A stretch of DNA of 60,803 nucleotides, taken from positions 1 to 60,803 of the forward strand of contig JBEIPA010000031.1 in NCBI GenBank assembly GCA_040377305.1. The letters are read 5' to 3'. A program made the position numbers and the translations under genes. This stretch comes from Flavobacteriales bacterium. Its GTDB lineage: Bacteria > Bacteroidota > Bacteroidia > Palsa-965. Below the pieces are notes generated by a model. That model had not been told where the DNA came from and made no database searches. It worked only from the letters and a program-made list of their open reading frames with translations. The stretch's first letter is position 1; each line of letters opens with the position of its first letter. Shown piece after piece: positions 9,699 through 18,634 of the stretch.

Positions 9699-10967
9699 AT
9701 GAAAAAAGTAATGGTTATTGCAGCTGCTTTACTGGTTTCGACTGGTGCAGTATTCGCACAAAAAGCGAAAGTAACGACTGCATATAATGCGCTGAACAGT
9801 TACAATAAAGGCAAAGATCCCGCAGATCTTCAAAAGGCAAAGACCAACATCGATGATGCTTCGGTTCATGCTGATACTAAAGATGATGCGAAGACCTGGG
9901 CGTACAGAGGGAATGTTTATCTGGCCCTTTATCAAATCGAGTTCAACGCGAAACTGGCTCTTCACAAGGATGAAACGAATCCAAGTAAGAAGTCTGCAAT
10001 GGCGTATGTAGAAGCTCCGACCGCAAACCTTACAGAAGCGACTAACTCATACCTTAAAGGTAAGGCGTTAGACAAGTATGCTGTGTATGATGACATTCCG
10101 AAAGGACTGGGTGATTGCTATTTCTATTCACAGAACATCGGAATTTCAAATTACAATCAGGAGAAATACGCGGAGTCATATCCCATGTTCGAGTTGGCTT
10201 TGGCCATTTCTGCATCGAGCAAGGTGACGGACACGGTGAATATTGACAATTGTGCTAAGAGTGCTTTGAACGCGAAAATGTACGACAAAGCAATCCCGCA
10301 TCTGAAGACTTTGACTTCGCTGAATTACGGAAAAGGGAATTCCTGGTTGTTGCTGGCTCAGGCGTATGAGGCAAAAGGCGATTCGACTGCTTACCGGACA
10401 ACAATAGCAGAAGGTTTGAAAAAGTACCCGACAGATTCTCCGTTGCTTACTGCTGATGTGAACCTGAAGCTGAAAGATGGCAAGAAGGCTGAAGCGGTAG
10501 CGCAACTCGAGGCTTTGACGGCACAAAAGAAGGATGATCCGGAATTGTTCTTCATCGTTGGAAACGTGTATGATAACATGGCGAATCCGACCGATAAAGA
10601 CAATAAAATGGCAGAAAAGCCTTCGAATTATGAAGAATTGCACAACAAAGCGGCAGAAAACTACAATAAGGCGGTTGAACTGAAGCCCGGCAATTTCGAC
10701 GCATTGTATAACCTTGGAATCCTGTATTACAATCAGGGTGTGGAGTATTACAACCGTTCAAATTCTACGATTGCTGATGCGGCAAAGTACGCGAACATGT
10801 GGGAAGCGGCATTTGCAAAATCAATTGAGTATCTCGAAAAGGCACGTGCAATTGATCCGAAAGATCAGAACACCATTACTGCTTTGAAAATCTGTTATGG
10901 ACAAATCGGGGATTCCGATAACTATAACCTGATGAAAGAAGAGCTGAAGAAGTTGCAAGGACAGTAA
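9699..10967 (+). CDS. Exported tetratricopeptide-repeat protein
   Basis: Signal peptide VFA-Q; TPR motifs such as YNKAVELKPGNFDALYNLGILYYN. Confidence 0.9.
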   Translation: MKKVMVIAAALLVSTGAVFAQKAKVTTAYNALNSYNKGKDPADLQKAKTNIDDASVHADTKDDAKTWAYRGNVYLALYQIEFNAKLALHKDETNPSKKSAMAYVEAPTANLTEATNSYLKGKALDKYAVYDDIPKGLGDCYFYSQNIGISNYNQEKYAESYPMFELALAISASSKVTDTVNIDNCAKSALNAKMYDKAIPHLKTLTSLNYGKGNSWLLLAQAYEAKGDSTAYRTTIAEGLKKYPTDSPLLTADVNLKLKDGKKAEAVAQLEALTAQKKDDPELFFIVGNVYDNMANPTDKDNKMAEKPSNYEELHNKAAENYNKAVELKPGNFDALYNLGILYYNQGVEYYNRSNSTIADAAKYANMWEAAFAKSIEYLEKARAIDPKDQNTITALKICYGQIGDSDNYNLMKEELKKLQGQ

Positions 10968-11045
10968 CCAGTCCCGACGTTTAAGCCGGGATCCTGATCG
11001 CGATATGCGCATCAGGATAGGCAGTCCAACAGTCGTTCGGTTGGC
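10968..11045 (+). ncRNA. Candidate structured ncRNA (resembles Acido-Lenti-1/Flavo-1-type motifs)
   Basis: CGAC..TAAGCC-[ATCCTGAT/ATCAGGAT stem]-AGGCAGTCCAACAGTCG with nested pairing; family name is from memory. Confidence 0.5.
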
Positions 11046-11057
11046 AGTCAAAATATC

Positions 11058-11089
11058 AAAATCCCGGTCTGAAAGGATCGGGATTTTTT
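11058..11089 (+). terminator. Intrinsic terminator
   Basis: AAAATCCCGGTC-TGAAAG-GATCGGGATTTTTT. Confidence 0.85.
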
Positions 11090-11260
11090 GTGTTCGAAAG
11101 AGAGCGAATCAGGCAAGAATGGAAGTTGATCGGTATTGAAATAGTGCTGTAAATGACTGTAATTCATATTTATTCAACTTAACATAATATTAATTATGGT
11201 TTATTTTAATATATGGATTTTAGCCGGAAAAGCCTATTATTGTAGTCTCCAAACAAACCT

Positions 11261-12406
11261 ATGATCCGTAATCTGATCTTCCTGAATCTGGCTGAATTGT
11301 TTGAACGATTCACCTATTATGGTGTGCGGTCGATCTTCCTTTTGTTCCTGTGGACTGGTCTCAAATGGGACCAATCTGAATCGACTCTGCTGTATGGTTA
11401 CTTCATCATAGCCGTTCATTTCGCTTCACTTTTCGGCGGAATTCTATCCGATGCGACGCGAAAACCAGTTTTAATAGCCATTATCGGTAATTCCTCCACG
11501 ACCCTCGGAATCTTCCTTTTCGCTTTCGCCGATTCGCCCGTAACCGTTTATTCGGCTTGCGGACTGATGGCTTTGGGTGCCGGATTGTTCAAACCGTCCA
11601 TTATTTCGGCCATTTACCGGGTTTCATTCCATCAAAAACACCGCCTGGATCTCATTTTTACGGTGTTTTACTGCGTAATCAACATTGGCGCTTTCGCAGC
11701 TCCGTTCGTAATTGCAAACATTGGCGATACCGGAAATCCTGCTGACCTGAGACTCGGTTTCATCATCGCGGGGTGCTTTTCAATAATTCCAACAGTGCTC
11801 TTATCGGTAAACTATAATAACCTTATATACAATGATTTATTGTACAACAGCCAAACCTATAAATTAAGTGATATTCGCACCACGAACATCGTCTTTTGGT
11901 TCATTTTGACGCTCATCTTTTGGATGGCCTACGATCAGTTCAGCATGTTTATCGACACCTCGTTTGGCGACAACCACTCTCTAATATTTACAGCAGTTCT
12001 GGGGCTGGTCTTTTACTTCGCATTGATTCCGATCCATCTGATCAGGAACTTTCGGTCGGCCCTCAAGATCTCGATCGGACTGTTGATGGTTGCAATTGTC
12101 TGCATCGTTTACCCTTTACTGAACCTGCCGCCGGTTGCCGGACTGGTCATGCTTTCCATTTCCGAAGTCCTGATCATTCCGGTTATCTGGAGTCAGATGG
12201 CCCAGAACTGTTCGCCCCGGTTCACGGGAACTATAATGAGTTTGCTTATGCTGGGAACGTGGGTCATTAACAAAGCCAGTTCCGCGTTGTACGATTCCGA
12301 ACCAGATCGACCGATCATCCTTTGGATCCTGGCGGTAGTCTGTTTGGGCTTGATGGCGGGATTTCTGGTGCTCGATTACTTTCAGAAAAAACGGGAACAA
12401 ATTTAG
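11261..12406 (+). CDS. POT/PTR-family MFS peptide transporter
   Basis: ExxERFxYYG motif (ELFERFTYYG), GAGLFKP, FYCVINIGAF. Confidence 0.88.
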   Translation: MIRNLIFLNLAELFERFTYYGVRSIFLLFLWTGLKWDQSESTLLYGYFIIAVHFASLFGGILSDATRKPVLIAIIGNSSTTLGIFLFAFADSPVTVYSACGLMALGAGLFKPSIISAIYRVSFHQKHRLDLIFTVFYCVINIGAFAAPFVIANIGDTGNPADLRLGFIIAGCFSIIPTVLLSVNYNNLIYNDLLYNSQTYKLSDIRTTNIVFWFILTLIFWMAYDQFSMFIDTSFGDNHSLIFTAVLGLVFYFALIPIHLIRNFRSALKISIGLLMVAIVCIVYPLLNLPPVAGLVMLSISEVLIIPVIWSQMAQNCSPRFTGTIMSLLMLGTWVINKASSALYDSEPDRPIILWILAVVCLGLMAGFLVLDYFQKKREQI

Positions 12407-12456
12407 AGCGGCCCATGTTCTGAGCGTTCCCGTTCAGGATATATTCACAGTCGGTA

Positions 12457-14058
12457 ATGCAAATCCTGAAGCGCGAATATCTCAATGCACAGAATTTAGA
12501 AAAGTACTATTTCTACTTTTTCCTCGCGCTCAATCTGGTTCCGGTTTTTTGCTTCCGGTTCTTTCCAACCATCGACGGACCAGCACATTTGTACAACTCT
12601 GCATTGATTGTCGAGCTTCTCACAAACTCCGAAAGTCTGATTAATGACTTTCTGGCATTCAACAATTCCATCAATCCTAACTGGTCCGGACATTTCCTGC
12701 TGGCACTTTTCTCCAGCATTCTACCAGCCTTTGTTGCCGAGAAGATTATTCTGCTGATCTACCTGATTGGGTTTCCGCTCAGCATCCGGTACTTGTTTCA
12801 GGTTCTGAACATCAGGCGCAAGTTTTTGATTTATCTGATTTTTCCGTTCACGTATTCGTACTTATTCTATTACGGATTCTACAATTTCAATATCGGCGTA
12901 GTATTCATGTTCTGGGGAATCGCTATGGCACTGAAGTACAAGGAGAATTTCACGCGTGCACGAGTTATCAAACTGTTGCTGGTGTCAACGTTGATCTGCT
13001 TTTCGCACTTGTTTGTATTCGCGGTCTTCCTGATGGTTTTGTTTTTCCTGAATGCCGATTCGGTAATGCTCTTGCTCAACATTAACAAGGAAGTTAAACG
13101 TCGTGGCAGGAAACGCATACTTGCCCTGTTGATCGCCCTTCTTCCGGGGCTAATCATCACATTCAATTTCCTGTTGGGGAACGATTCGTTGCATTCTGAT
13201 TCCGTTTACCTCCCGTTCAGCGATCTGGTAGCTTCGCTGAAATACATCATGCCGGCTAAAGGAATTGCGTATGAAGGTTACGGACTCTTCAACCGGGTGT
13301 TGTTGTATTTGTTTGTTGCACTCATCATTTCTGTCGGAATTTCAGTCGCCTACCAGCGATTCAAACACAAAACGTGGACCATCAAAAACTATGCGTGGTT
13401 AAGCATCCTGATTACCACTGGCGTTTTGATTTTTGTACTGCCCGACTACAAAGGTATTGCGATCGGCTTCATTTCGTCGCGACTGATGTTCTTCTTCTTC
13501 ATTTTCCTGATCATCTGGTTAGCGAGTCAGGAAATTTCAAAATGGGTGCTCGTCGGTGTATTCATAGGAATCAATTTGGTCAACTTTGGAATCCTAAATC
13601 ATAACCGCATAGCTATTGCGAACCAATGCGAACTAGCCGAAGAAATCAATGCAACAGCTGAATTTATAGAGCCAAACAGTACGGTTTTACCAGTCACCTA
13701 CTCCGACAATGTGTTACATGCCCACATTTCAAATTATCTTGGAGCGGAGAAACCGTTGATCATTTTAGAAAACTATGAGGCCAGCCTGGATCATTTTCCT
13801 TTAAGATGGAATGTGGATCAGATGCCAGAGCTGACGGTTGGTGATACCGTATTCCGCTGCTATTGTTTTCCGTGGTTGCCACAAGGCACTCAAGCTATAC
13901 AGACGATCGATTATGTATTTGTGCTTACGGACAACGGGAAGTCAGTAGATGATTCCTGCAACACGAGTGTAAAGCTGATGATGGAAACTTGTTACGATAA
14001 AGTTGAAACGGGATCATCCGCAAGGATTGCACTCTATAAGCTGAAACCTGGATTCTAA
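12457..14058 (+). CDS. Polytopic membrane protein, GT-C glycosyltransferase-like
   Basis: PTIDGPAHLYN after TM1, about 12 TM segments, C-terminal soluble domain. Confidence 0.65.
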   Translation: MQILKREYLNAQNLEKYYFYFFLALNLVPVFCFRFFPTIDGPAHLYNSALIVELLTNSESLINDFLAFNNSINPNWSGHFLLALFSSILPAFVAEKIILLIYLIGFPLSIRYLFQVLNIRRKFLIYLIFPFTYSYLFYYGFYNFNIGVVFMFWGIAMALKYKENFTRARVIKLLLVSTLICFSHLFVFAVFLMVLFFLNADSVMLLLNINKEVKRRGRKRILALLIALLPGLIITFNFLLGNDSLHSDSVYLPFSDLVASLKYIMPAKGIAYEGYGLFNRVLLYLFVALIISVGISVAYQRFKHKTWTIKNYAWLSILITTGVLIFVLPDYKGIAIGFISSRLMFFFFIFLIIWLASQEISKWVLVGVFIGINLVNFGILNHNRIAIANQCELAEEINATAEFIEPNSTVLPVTYSDNVLHAHISNYLGAEKPLIILENYEASLDHFPLRWNVDQMPELTVGDTVFRCYCFPWLPQGTQAIQTIDYVFVLTDNGKSVDDSCNTSVKLMMETCYDKVETGSSARIALYKLKPGF

Positions 14059-14062
14059 GAAC

Positions 14063-14446
14063 ATGAAAGCAGTTTCAACTTTCGCACTCATTTGTCTGAT
14101 GTCTTTTGTGGTCAGTTGCCAGTTCTCTGTTCGTGAACCAGGCTATACCCGTGAACAATTCGTGAGTGACAGTACTTTCATCACTGAATACATGCTGGAC
14201 TCGCTGCCTTCTGATTCTCGCTATGTTAGCTTAGGACTGAAACTGATTAAGTGCGAAGCATTTTCTTATGGCCGATTAGTTGAACATAGCTTTCAGTCGA
14301 CAAATGAAGTAATACCTCCTGCACATCATGTGTATTTTCATTTCACTCACGACGGATTGATTCAACGCATTATGACCAAGGATGGCTTTAGCATTACGTT
14401 TGTGAACAGCGGTTCACAAATATATTCTGAAGAGCCTTATCAGTGA
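14063..14446 (+). CDS. Hypothetical lipoprotein
   Basis: Lipobox-like VVSC after a hydrophobic stretch. Confidence 0.6.
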   Translation: MKAVSTFALICLMSFVVSCQFSVREPGYTREQFVSDSTFITEYMLDSLPSDSRYVSLGLKLIKCEAFSYGRLVEHSFQSTNEVIPPAHHVYFHFTHDGLIQRIMTKDGFSITFVNSGSQIYSEEPYQ

Positions 14447-14465
14447 GACACTGCACAAGGGCACA

Positions 14466-15395
14466 TTAGTTCAGTAGCTGCCGCAGCGCCGATTCAATTT
14501 CCGGATACTGAAATCCATACCCTTCATCTTTCAACTTCTTCGGTTCCACCCAACGGCTCTTCAGCAACAACTCAACTTCCGTTCCGATCATCCATGCACC
14601 GAGTTTGAGCATCCATTCATACGCCGGTAATCCAAACGGCATGCCCATGACTTTGCGCATGGTTTTCATGAATACTGCGTTAGTCACCGGATCAGGAGAC
14701 ACGATATTGTATGGTCCGGTTGCGTTGTGATTTGTGCGGAACCATTCGATGATGCCTAAGAAATCGTCGAGGTGAATCCAGTTGACCATCTGGTTTCCGG
14801 AACCTTGCTTGCCGCCCATTCCGAATCGCACGAGATTTTTGAAGCGCGGAATTACGCCGTCTTGTTTGCCGAGGACAATTCCGAGTCGTGCCGTGACTTT
14901 GCGAACGTTTCCCACATCCTGCGCAAATGATTTCTCCCAGGCACGCACCACGTCTTCAGAAAATCCGTCTCCGATTTCTCCGGTGAATTCATTCTGCGGG
15001 CGATCTTCAGCGTGACGGTACACGGTTGCGGATGACAAGTTGATCCACAGTTTTGGTTTCACGGTACACTGACGAATTGCTTCCGCGATTGCGTCCGTTG
15101 CATTTACCCGCGATTCAAGAATTTCTTTTTTGTTCTCTGGCGTGTATCTGCAGTTCACGTTTTTACCAGCGAGATTGACGACCATGTCGGCACCTTCGAT
15201 TTCCTGCATCCAGTTGCGATCGGCATCGAGCTTGTTGGGCCAATACACGTTCTTCACGGAGTTGCATGGCTTTTGGCGTTGCGCGAGTGTGTTTACGGAG
15301 CGTGAGAGCACGATGATCTCGGTTGCTGTTTTGCAATAAAATTCCTGGAGGGCTTTACCGAGGAAACCTGTTCCTCCTGCTAAGACTATTTTCAT
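14466..15395 (-). CDS. TIGR01777-type NAD-dependent epimerase/oxidoreductase
   Basis: GGTGFLG, VVNLAG, SRV, WE, G.G.Q...WIH. Confidence 0.92.
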   Translation of the reverse strand: MKIVLAGGTGFLGKALQEFYCKTATEIIVLSRSVNTLAQRQKPCNSVKNVYWPNKLDADRNWMQEIEGADMVVNLAGKNVNCRYTPENKKEILESRVNATDAIAEAIRQCTVKPKLWINLSSATVYRHAEDRPQNEFTGEIGDGFSEDVVRAWEKSFAQDVGNVRKVTARLGIVLGKQDGVIPRFKNLVRFGMGGKQGSGNQMVNWIHLDDFLGIIEWFRTNHNATGPYNIVSPDPVTNAVFMKTMRKVMGMPFGLPAYEWMLKLGAWMIGTEVELLLKSRWVEPKKLKDEGYGFQYPEIESALRQLLN

Positions 15396-15412
15396 AGATC
15401 GTTTTATTTTGG

Positions 15413-15470
15413 ACCACTAAGCACACCAAGACACAAAGCATTGACTTCGTGTCTTCGTGAACTTTGTGGT
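15413..15470. repeat. Inverted pair of 9-nt-period repeats (ACCACAAAG family)
   Basis: ACCACTAAGCACACCAAGACACAAAG followed by CTTCGTGTCTTCGTGAACTTTGTGGT. Confidence 0.8.
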
Positions 15471-16393
15471 CAATTTAATGTGGGATATAAGATTATTCCT
15501 AGAACGAGAATTCGATACAGCACCCAACTCACACTTGGCCACCAACCCAACTCCAACACTTTCATTCTTCTCGCGTGTTCGTACAACATCACGCCGACCA
15601 CCAACAGAAAATATGCAAGAAAGACAACGGGCGGAATCGCGGGAAAAATGAAGCCAATGAGTAAAGCGGGTAACAACAGTATTGCGCCGATGAAGGAAAC
15701 AGTCATCATGTTGCCGAGGCAGTTCATGAGCTGCTCTGCCTTCCCGCGCCTCCTAACCTCCGAAGGAGGAACCGCCGCCCGCGCAGCCAACATAATTCCA
15801 ACTGCAATACTTTGAAATAAGACTTGTCCTCCGCAGATGAGAAACTCGCGGTAGAAATTGGATGCGGGAATTAGATCTCCAAGAAGATGACTGTATTCTA
15901 CAAGCGTGAGTGAAGTGAGGAACCATACCATTAAGATGTATGCGAGTCTGTACTTCAGTTTGAAGGTGGGTGTGCAATCAAACCGGGTAGTCGGGCTCTC
16001 ATTCCCGACATGCTGGGTCAGGTTCTGGGACCTGACACCACTCACGGGCACAATCACCTTCCTGTTGTACGAAATGAAATTGTACAGTTTCTGAATCAAA
16101 AACTTCAGCGGCTGAATGCGGGCTACAACTCCAATCCACCGGAAACGTGTTTCGATTATGGTGAGCAGGCTTTCCAATCCGTACTTCACTTCACCGGTTT
16201 CGCGGTTGATGAGCGCAATTTCATTCTTCGCACGTTCTGCATCCATTCCGGGGACGAACTCCCCTCCTACTTGCTGATAGGGGATGCGTCCTTCGGAGTC
16301 CAGCATTTTCGATTTGATGAATGCACCGGTGTACGCAATGCAGAGTGGACAATCTGCGTCATAGACCATGGTGTGATTAGTGAGCGTTTTCAT
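15470..16393 (-). CDS. DCC-family (DUF393) thiol-disulfide oxidoreductase with a membrane domain
   Basis: YDADCPLC (DxxCxxC), YNFISYNRKVI, C-terminal TM helices; carries two in-frame palindromic inserts. Confidence 0.88.
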   Translation of the reverse strand: MKTLTNHTMVYDADCPLCIAYTGAFIKSKMLDSEGRIPYQQVGGEFVPGMDAERAKNEIALINRETGEVKYGLESLLTIIETRFRWIGVVARIQPLKFLIQKLYNFISYNRKVIVPVSGVRSQNLTQHVGNESPTTRFDCTPTFKLKYRLAYILMVWFLTSLTLVEYSHLLGDLIPASNFYREFLICGGQVLFQSIAVGIMLAARAAVPPSEVRRRGKAEQLMNCLGNMMTVSFIGAILLLPALLIGFIFPAIPPVVFLAYFLLVVGVMLYEHARRMKVLELGWWPSVSWVLYRILVLGIILYPTLN

Positions 16394-16398
16394 TTTGC

Positions 16399-16583
16399 GT
16401 GGTGTCGCGGTCTGTGACCCGACACGGTCATGCTTAAGGCGTGAATACTTTTTCTTTTACCACAAAGTTCACGAAGACACAAAGGCTATGGTTTTCTGAA
16501 CTTTCAATATGCATTGAAATACTTTATCTAAATAAAACCCAGCTAAACTGGGTGACGTGTCAGGTCAGAGACCTTGACTCCAC
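16399..16583. repeat. Inverted REP pair (REPIN-like)
   Basis: GTGGTGTCGCGGTCTGTGACCCGACAC (16399-16425) matches the reverse complement of 16557-16583 at 22/27. Confidence 0.75.
16499..16522. promoter_or_regulatory. Putative second operator of the GbsR-like regulator
   Basis: AACTTTCA-N8-TGAAATAC, same layout as 17123-17146. Confidence 0.55.
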
Positions 16584-16590
16584 GTGTGTG

Positions 16591-17097
16591 TTACTTCATC
16601 AACTTAAACAACGTCCCGAAGAACCAATTCTCATCGGCACGCAAAGCCATGTCAACACCTTTGTCCATGCGCTCCACGAAATCGTGGATGTTGTCGACGG
16701 TCTTTTTGAATTCTTTTCCTTTTGCCGACTTCGCATCAACTTCTGCGTCCTGCAGTTGTTTGAGTTTGTTCAGCACCGGTTCGATCTCACGCTTCTTCCG
16801 CTCTTTCGCAATGCGGCGTGCAATTTCCCAGATATCTTTTTCTGCAGAGAAAAACTCTTTGCGTTCTCCGGCCACGAGATTTTTCTGAACCAGATTCCAG
16901 TTCATGAGATCGCGCACATTCATGTTGGCGTTGCCGCGTGAAATGTTCAGCTCTTCCATGATGTCTTCTGTAGAAAGCGGCTCTGGAGAAATCAGAAGCA
17001 ATGCGTGTACCTGCGCCATGGAGCGGTTGATGCCCCACTCAGAACCAAGCGTTCCCCAGGTTTCAATGAATTGTCGTTTTGCTTCGTCGAGTTTCAT
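16591..17097 (-). CDS. GbsR/MarR-family transcriptional regulator
   Basis: FIETWGTLGSEWGINRSMAQVHALL, wHTH ISRGNANMNVRDL, GERKEFF. Confidence 0.92.
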   Translation of the reverse strand: MKLDEAKRQFIETWGTLGSEWGINRSMAQVHALLLISPEPLSTEDIMEELNISRGNANMNVRDLMNWNLVQKNLVAGERKEFFSAEKDIWEIARRIAKERKKREIEPVLNKLKQLQDAEVDAKSAKGKEFKKTVDNIHDFVERMDKGVDMALRADENWFFGTLFKLMK

Positions 17098-17122
17098 ACC
17101 TCAAAGATACAAGAACTTTGCC

Positions 17123-17146
17123 AACTTTCAAATATTACTGAAAGTT
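17123..17146. promoter_or_regulatory. Putative autoregulatory operator
   Basis: Perfect AACTTTCA-N8-TGAAAGTT just upstream of the minus-strand -7 box (CAAAGATA 17102-17109). Confidence 0.65.
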
Positions 17147-17202
17147 TAGATAGTGGCTTCAAAATCAACCGCAAAGGCGCTAAAACGCTAAGAATTGGTA
17201 TT

Positions 17203-17724
17203 TTATTCAGGAAATGAAAAGAATTCTATGGTTCTCATCGCAGGTCCGTCAACGATTGATATTGTCTTCCAGGCAACAGAATCCTTTTTTATTCTGTACG
17301 TCATTCGATAATCGCACCAACAATCACACACCTTGTTGCTGTCGTTTGGAAGATAATATCCAAGAAATAAACTGTCCTGACTTTGATAGGTATCCGCGGT
17401 ATATTTAAGACAACAGTCATCAATGAATTCAAAAGACAAGATCAATGAGTCCTTGTTCTCTTCCTTCTGATAATTATAAGGTTTACGCATCCCATTCCGC
17501 TTGATATCATCATGGGTAATTACTCTGTGCGGAGGTAGCTCGCAAAGCTGTAAAACCTGTTCCTTACACCATACATGTGAAGCTGGAGGTTCGTAAATGC
17601 AAGACACATTTCTTTGCCCTGCGATCGTGTCAACTGAATCTGCTGAATTGACGTTTTCTTCGTTCGACGAACATCCGAACAAGAAAGCACAAGTAATGAG
17701 AATGATTGTCAGCCGCTTCATCAT
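17203..17724 (-). CDS. Hypothetical Cys-rich lipoprotein
   Basis: Lipobox LFGC; DCC and CDCWC motifs. Confidence 0.75.
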   Translation of the reverse strand: MMKRLTIILITCAFLFGCSSNEENVNSADSVDTIAGQRNVSCIYEPPASHVWCKEQVLQLCELPPHRVITHDDIKRNGMRKPYNYQKEENKDSLILSFEFIDDCCLKYTADTYQSQDSLFLGYYLPNDSNKVCDCWCDYRMTYRIKKDSVAWKTISIVDGPAMRTIEFFSFPE

Positions 17725-17754
17725 TACGCAATATTACTGAAACTCAAATGGAAA

Positions 17755-18441
17755 TTAAATCGACATCTTCAACCCACTCCCATACAAACTCTCAATCACA
17801 ATCTTCTCATCTCCGGCCAAGCGCTTCCTCAACTTCGTGATATACACATCCAGACTTCTGTTGTTGAAGTAGCTGTCGTCTCCCCAAATTGTGTTGAGAA
17901 TGGTGCTGCGATCAACGAGTTGTCCCTGGTGAACAAGTAGCATGTTGAGCAACTCTGCTTCACGCGGAGAAAGGCGATCGGTTTTGTCGTTGCATTGGAG
18001 TGTGCGTGCGCCGGGATGAAAGAGAAACTTTCCGAAGGAGAATGATTCCGGAGAAGTTGTGCGCTGCTGCTGACTGCGCTGAAGGACGGCTGCGATTTTC
18101 AGAAGCAATACTTCGGAGTCGAATGGTTTGGTGACGTAATCGTCGGCGCCGGAGTTGTAGCCTTTGATGATGTCTTCTTTCTGGTTGCGGGCAGTGAGGT
18201 AAATGACCGGAACAAGTTTGTTGATCTTGCGGAGATCGTTCACGAAAGAAAAACCATCTTTTACGGGCATCATGACGTCTGAAACGATGAGGTCGAAATC
18301 GTGTTCGCGGAATTTGTCGAGAGCTTGTTGACCATCGCGGGAGAGTTCGACTGTGAAGCCGTTGAGGGAAAGATAGTCCCGGAGGATGTTACCGAACGAT
18401 TCGTCGTCTTCTGCGAGGAGTATGTGAAGTTTGTCGCTCAT
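17755..18441 (-). CDS. OmpR-family response regulator (RprY-like)
   Basis: LAEDD, DVMMP, GADDYVTKPF, RSLDVYITKLRK. Confidence 0.96.
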   Translation of the reverse strand: MSDKLHILLAEDDESFGNILRDYLSLNGFTVELSRDGQQALDKFREHDFDLIVSDVMMPVKDGFSFVNDLRKINKLVPVIYLTARNQKEDIIKGYNSGADDYVTKPFDSEVLLLKIAAVLQRSQQQRTTSPESFSFGKFLFHPGARTLQCNDKTDRLSPREAELLNMLLVHQGQLVDRSTILNTIWGDDSYFNNRSLDVYITKLRKRLAGDEKIVIESLYGSGLKMSI

Positions 18442-18634
18442 AAAAATGGTACGCGGAAAGGACGGAAAATGCGGATTAAAAACGGATTGGTGAGGACCAT
18501 GATCTTGGCTTTATTCTGAGACCCTCGATCACTTTGGTCAATTAACCACAAAGGCGCAGAGGCGCAAAGGACCGCAAAGTTTTGAGCGCATATAGTTTTT
18601 AGGGAACACTGAAAAAAACAAATCATACCGATGT

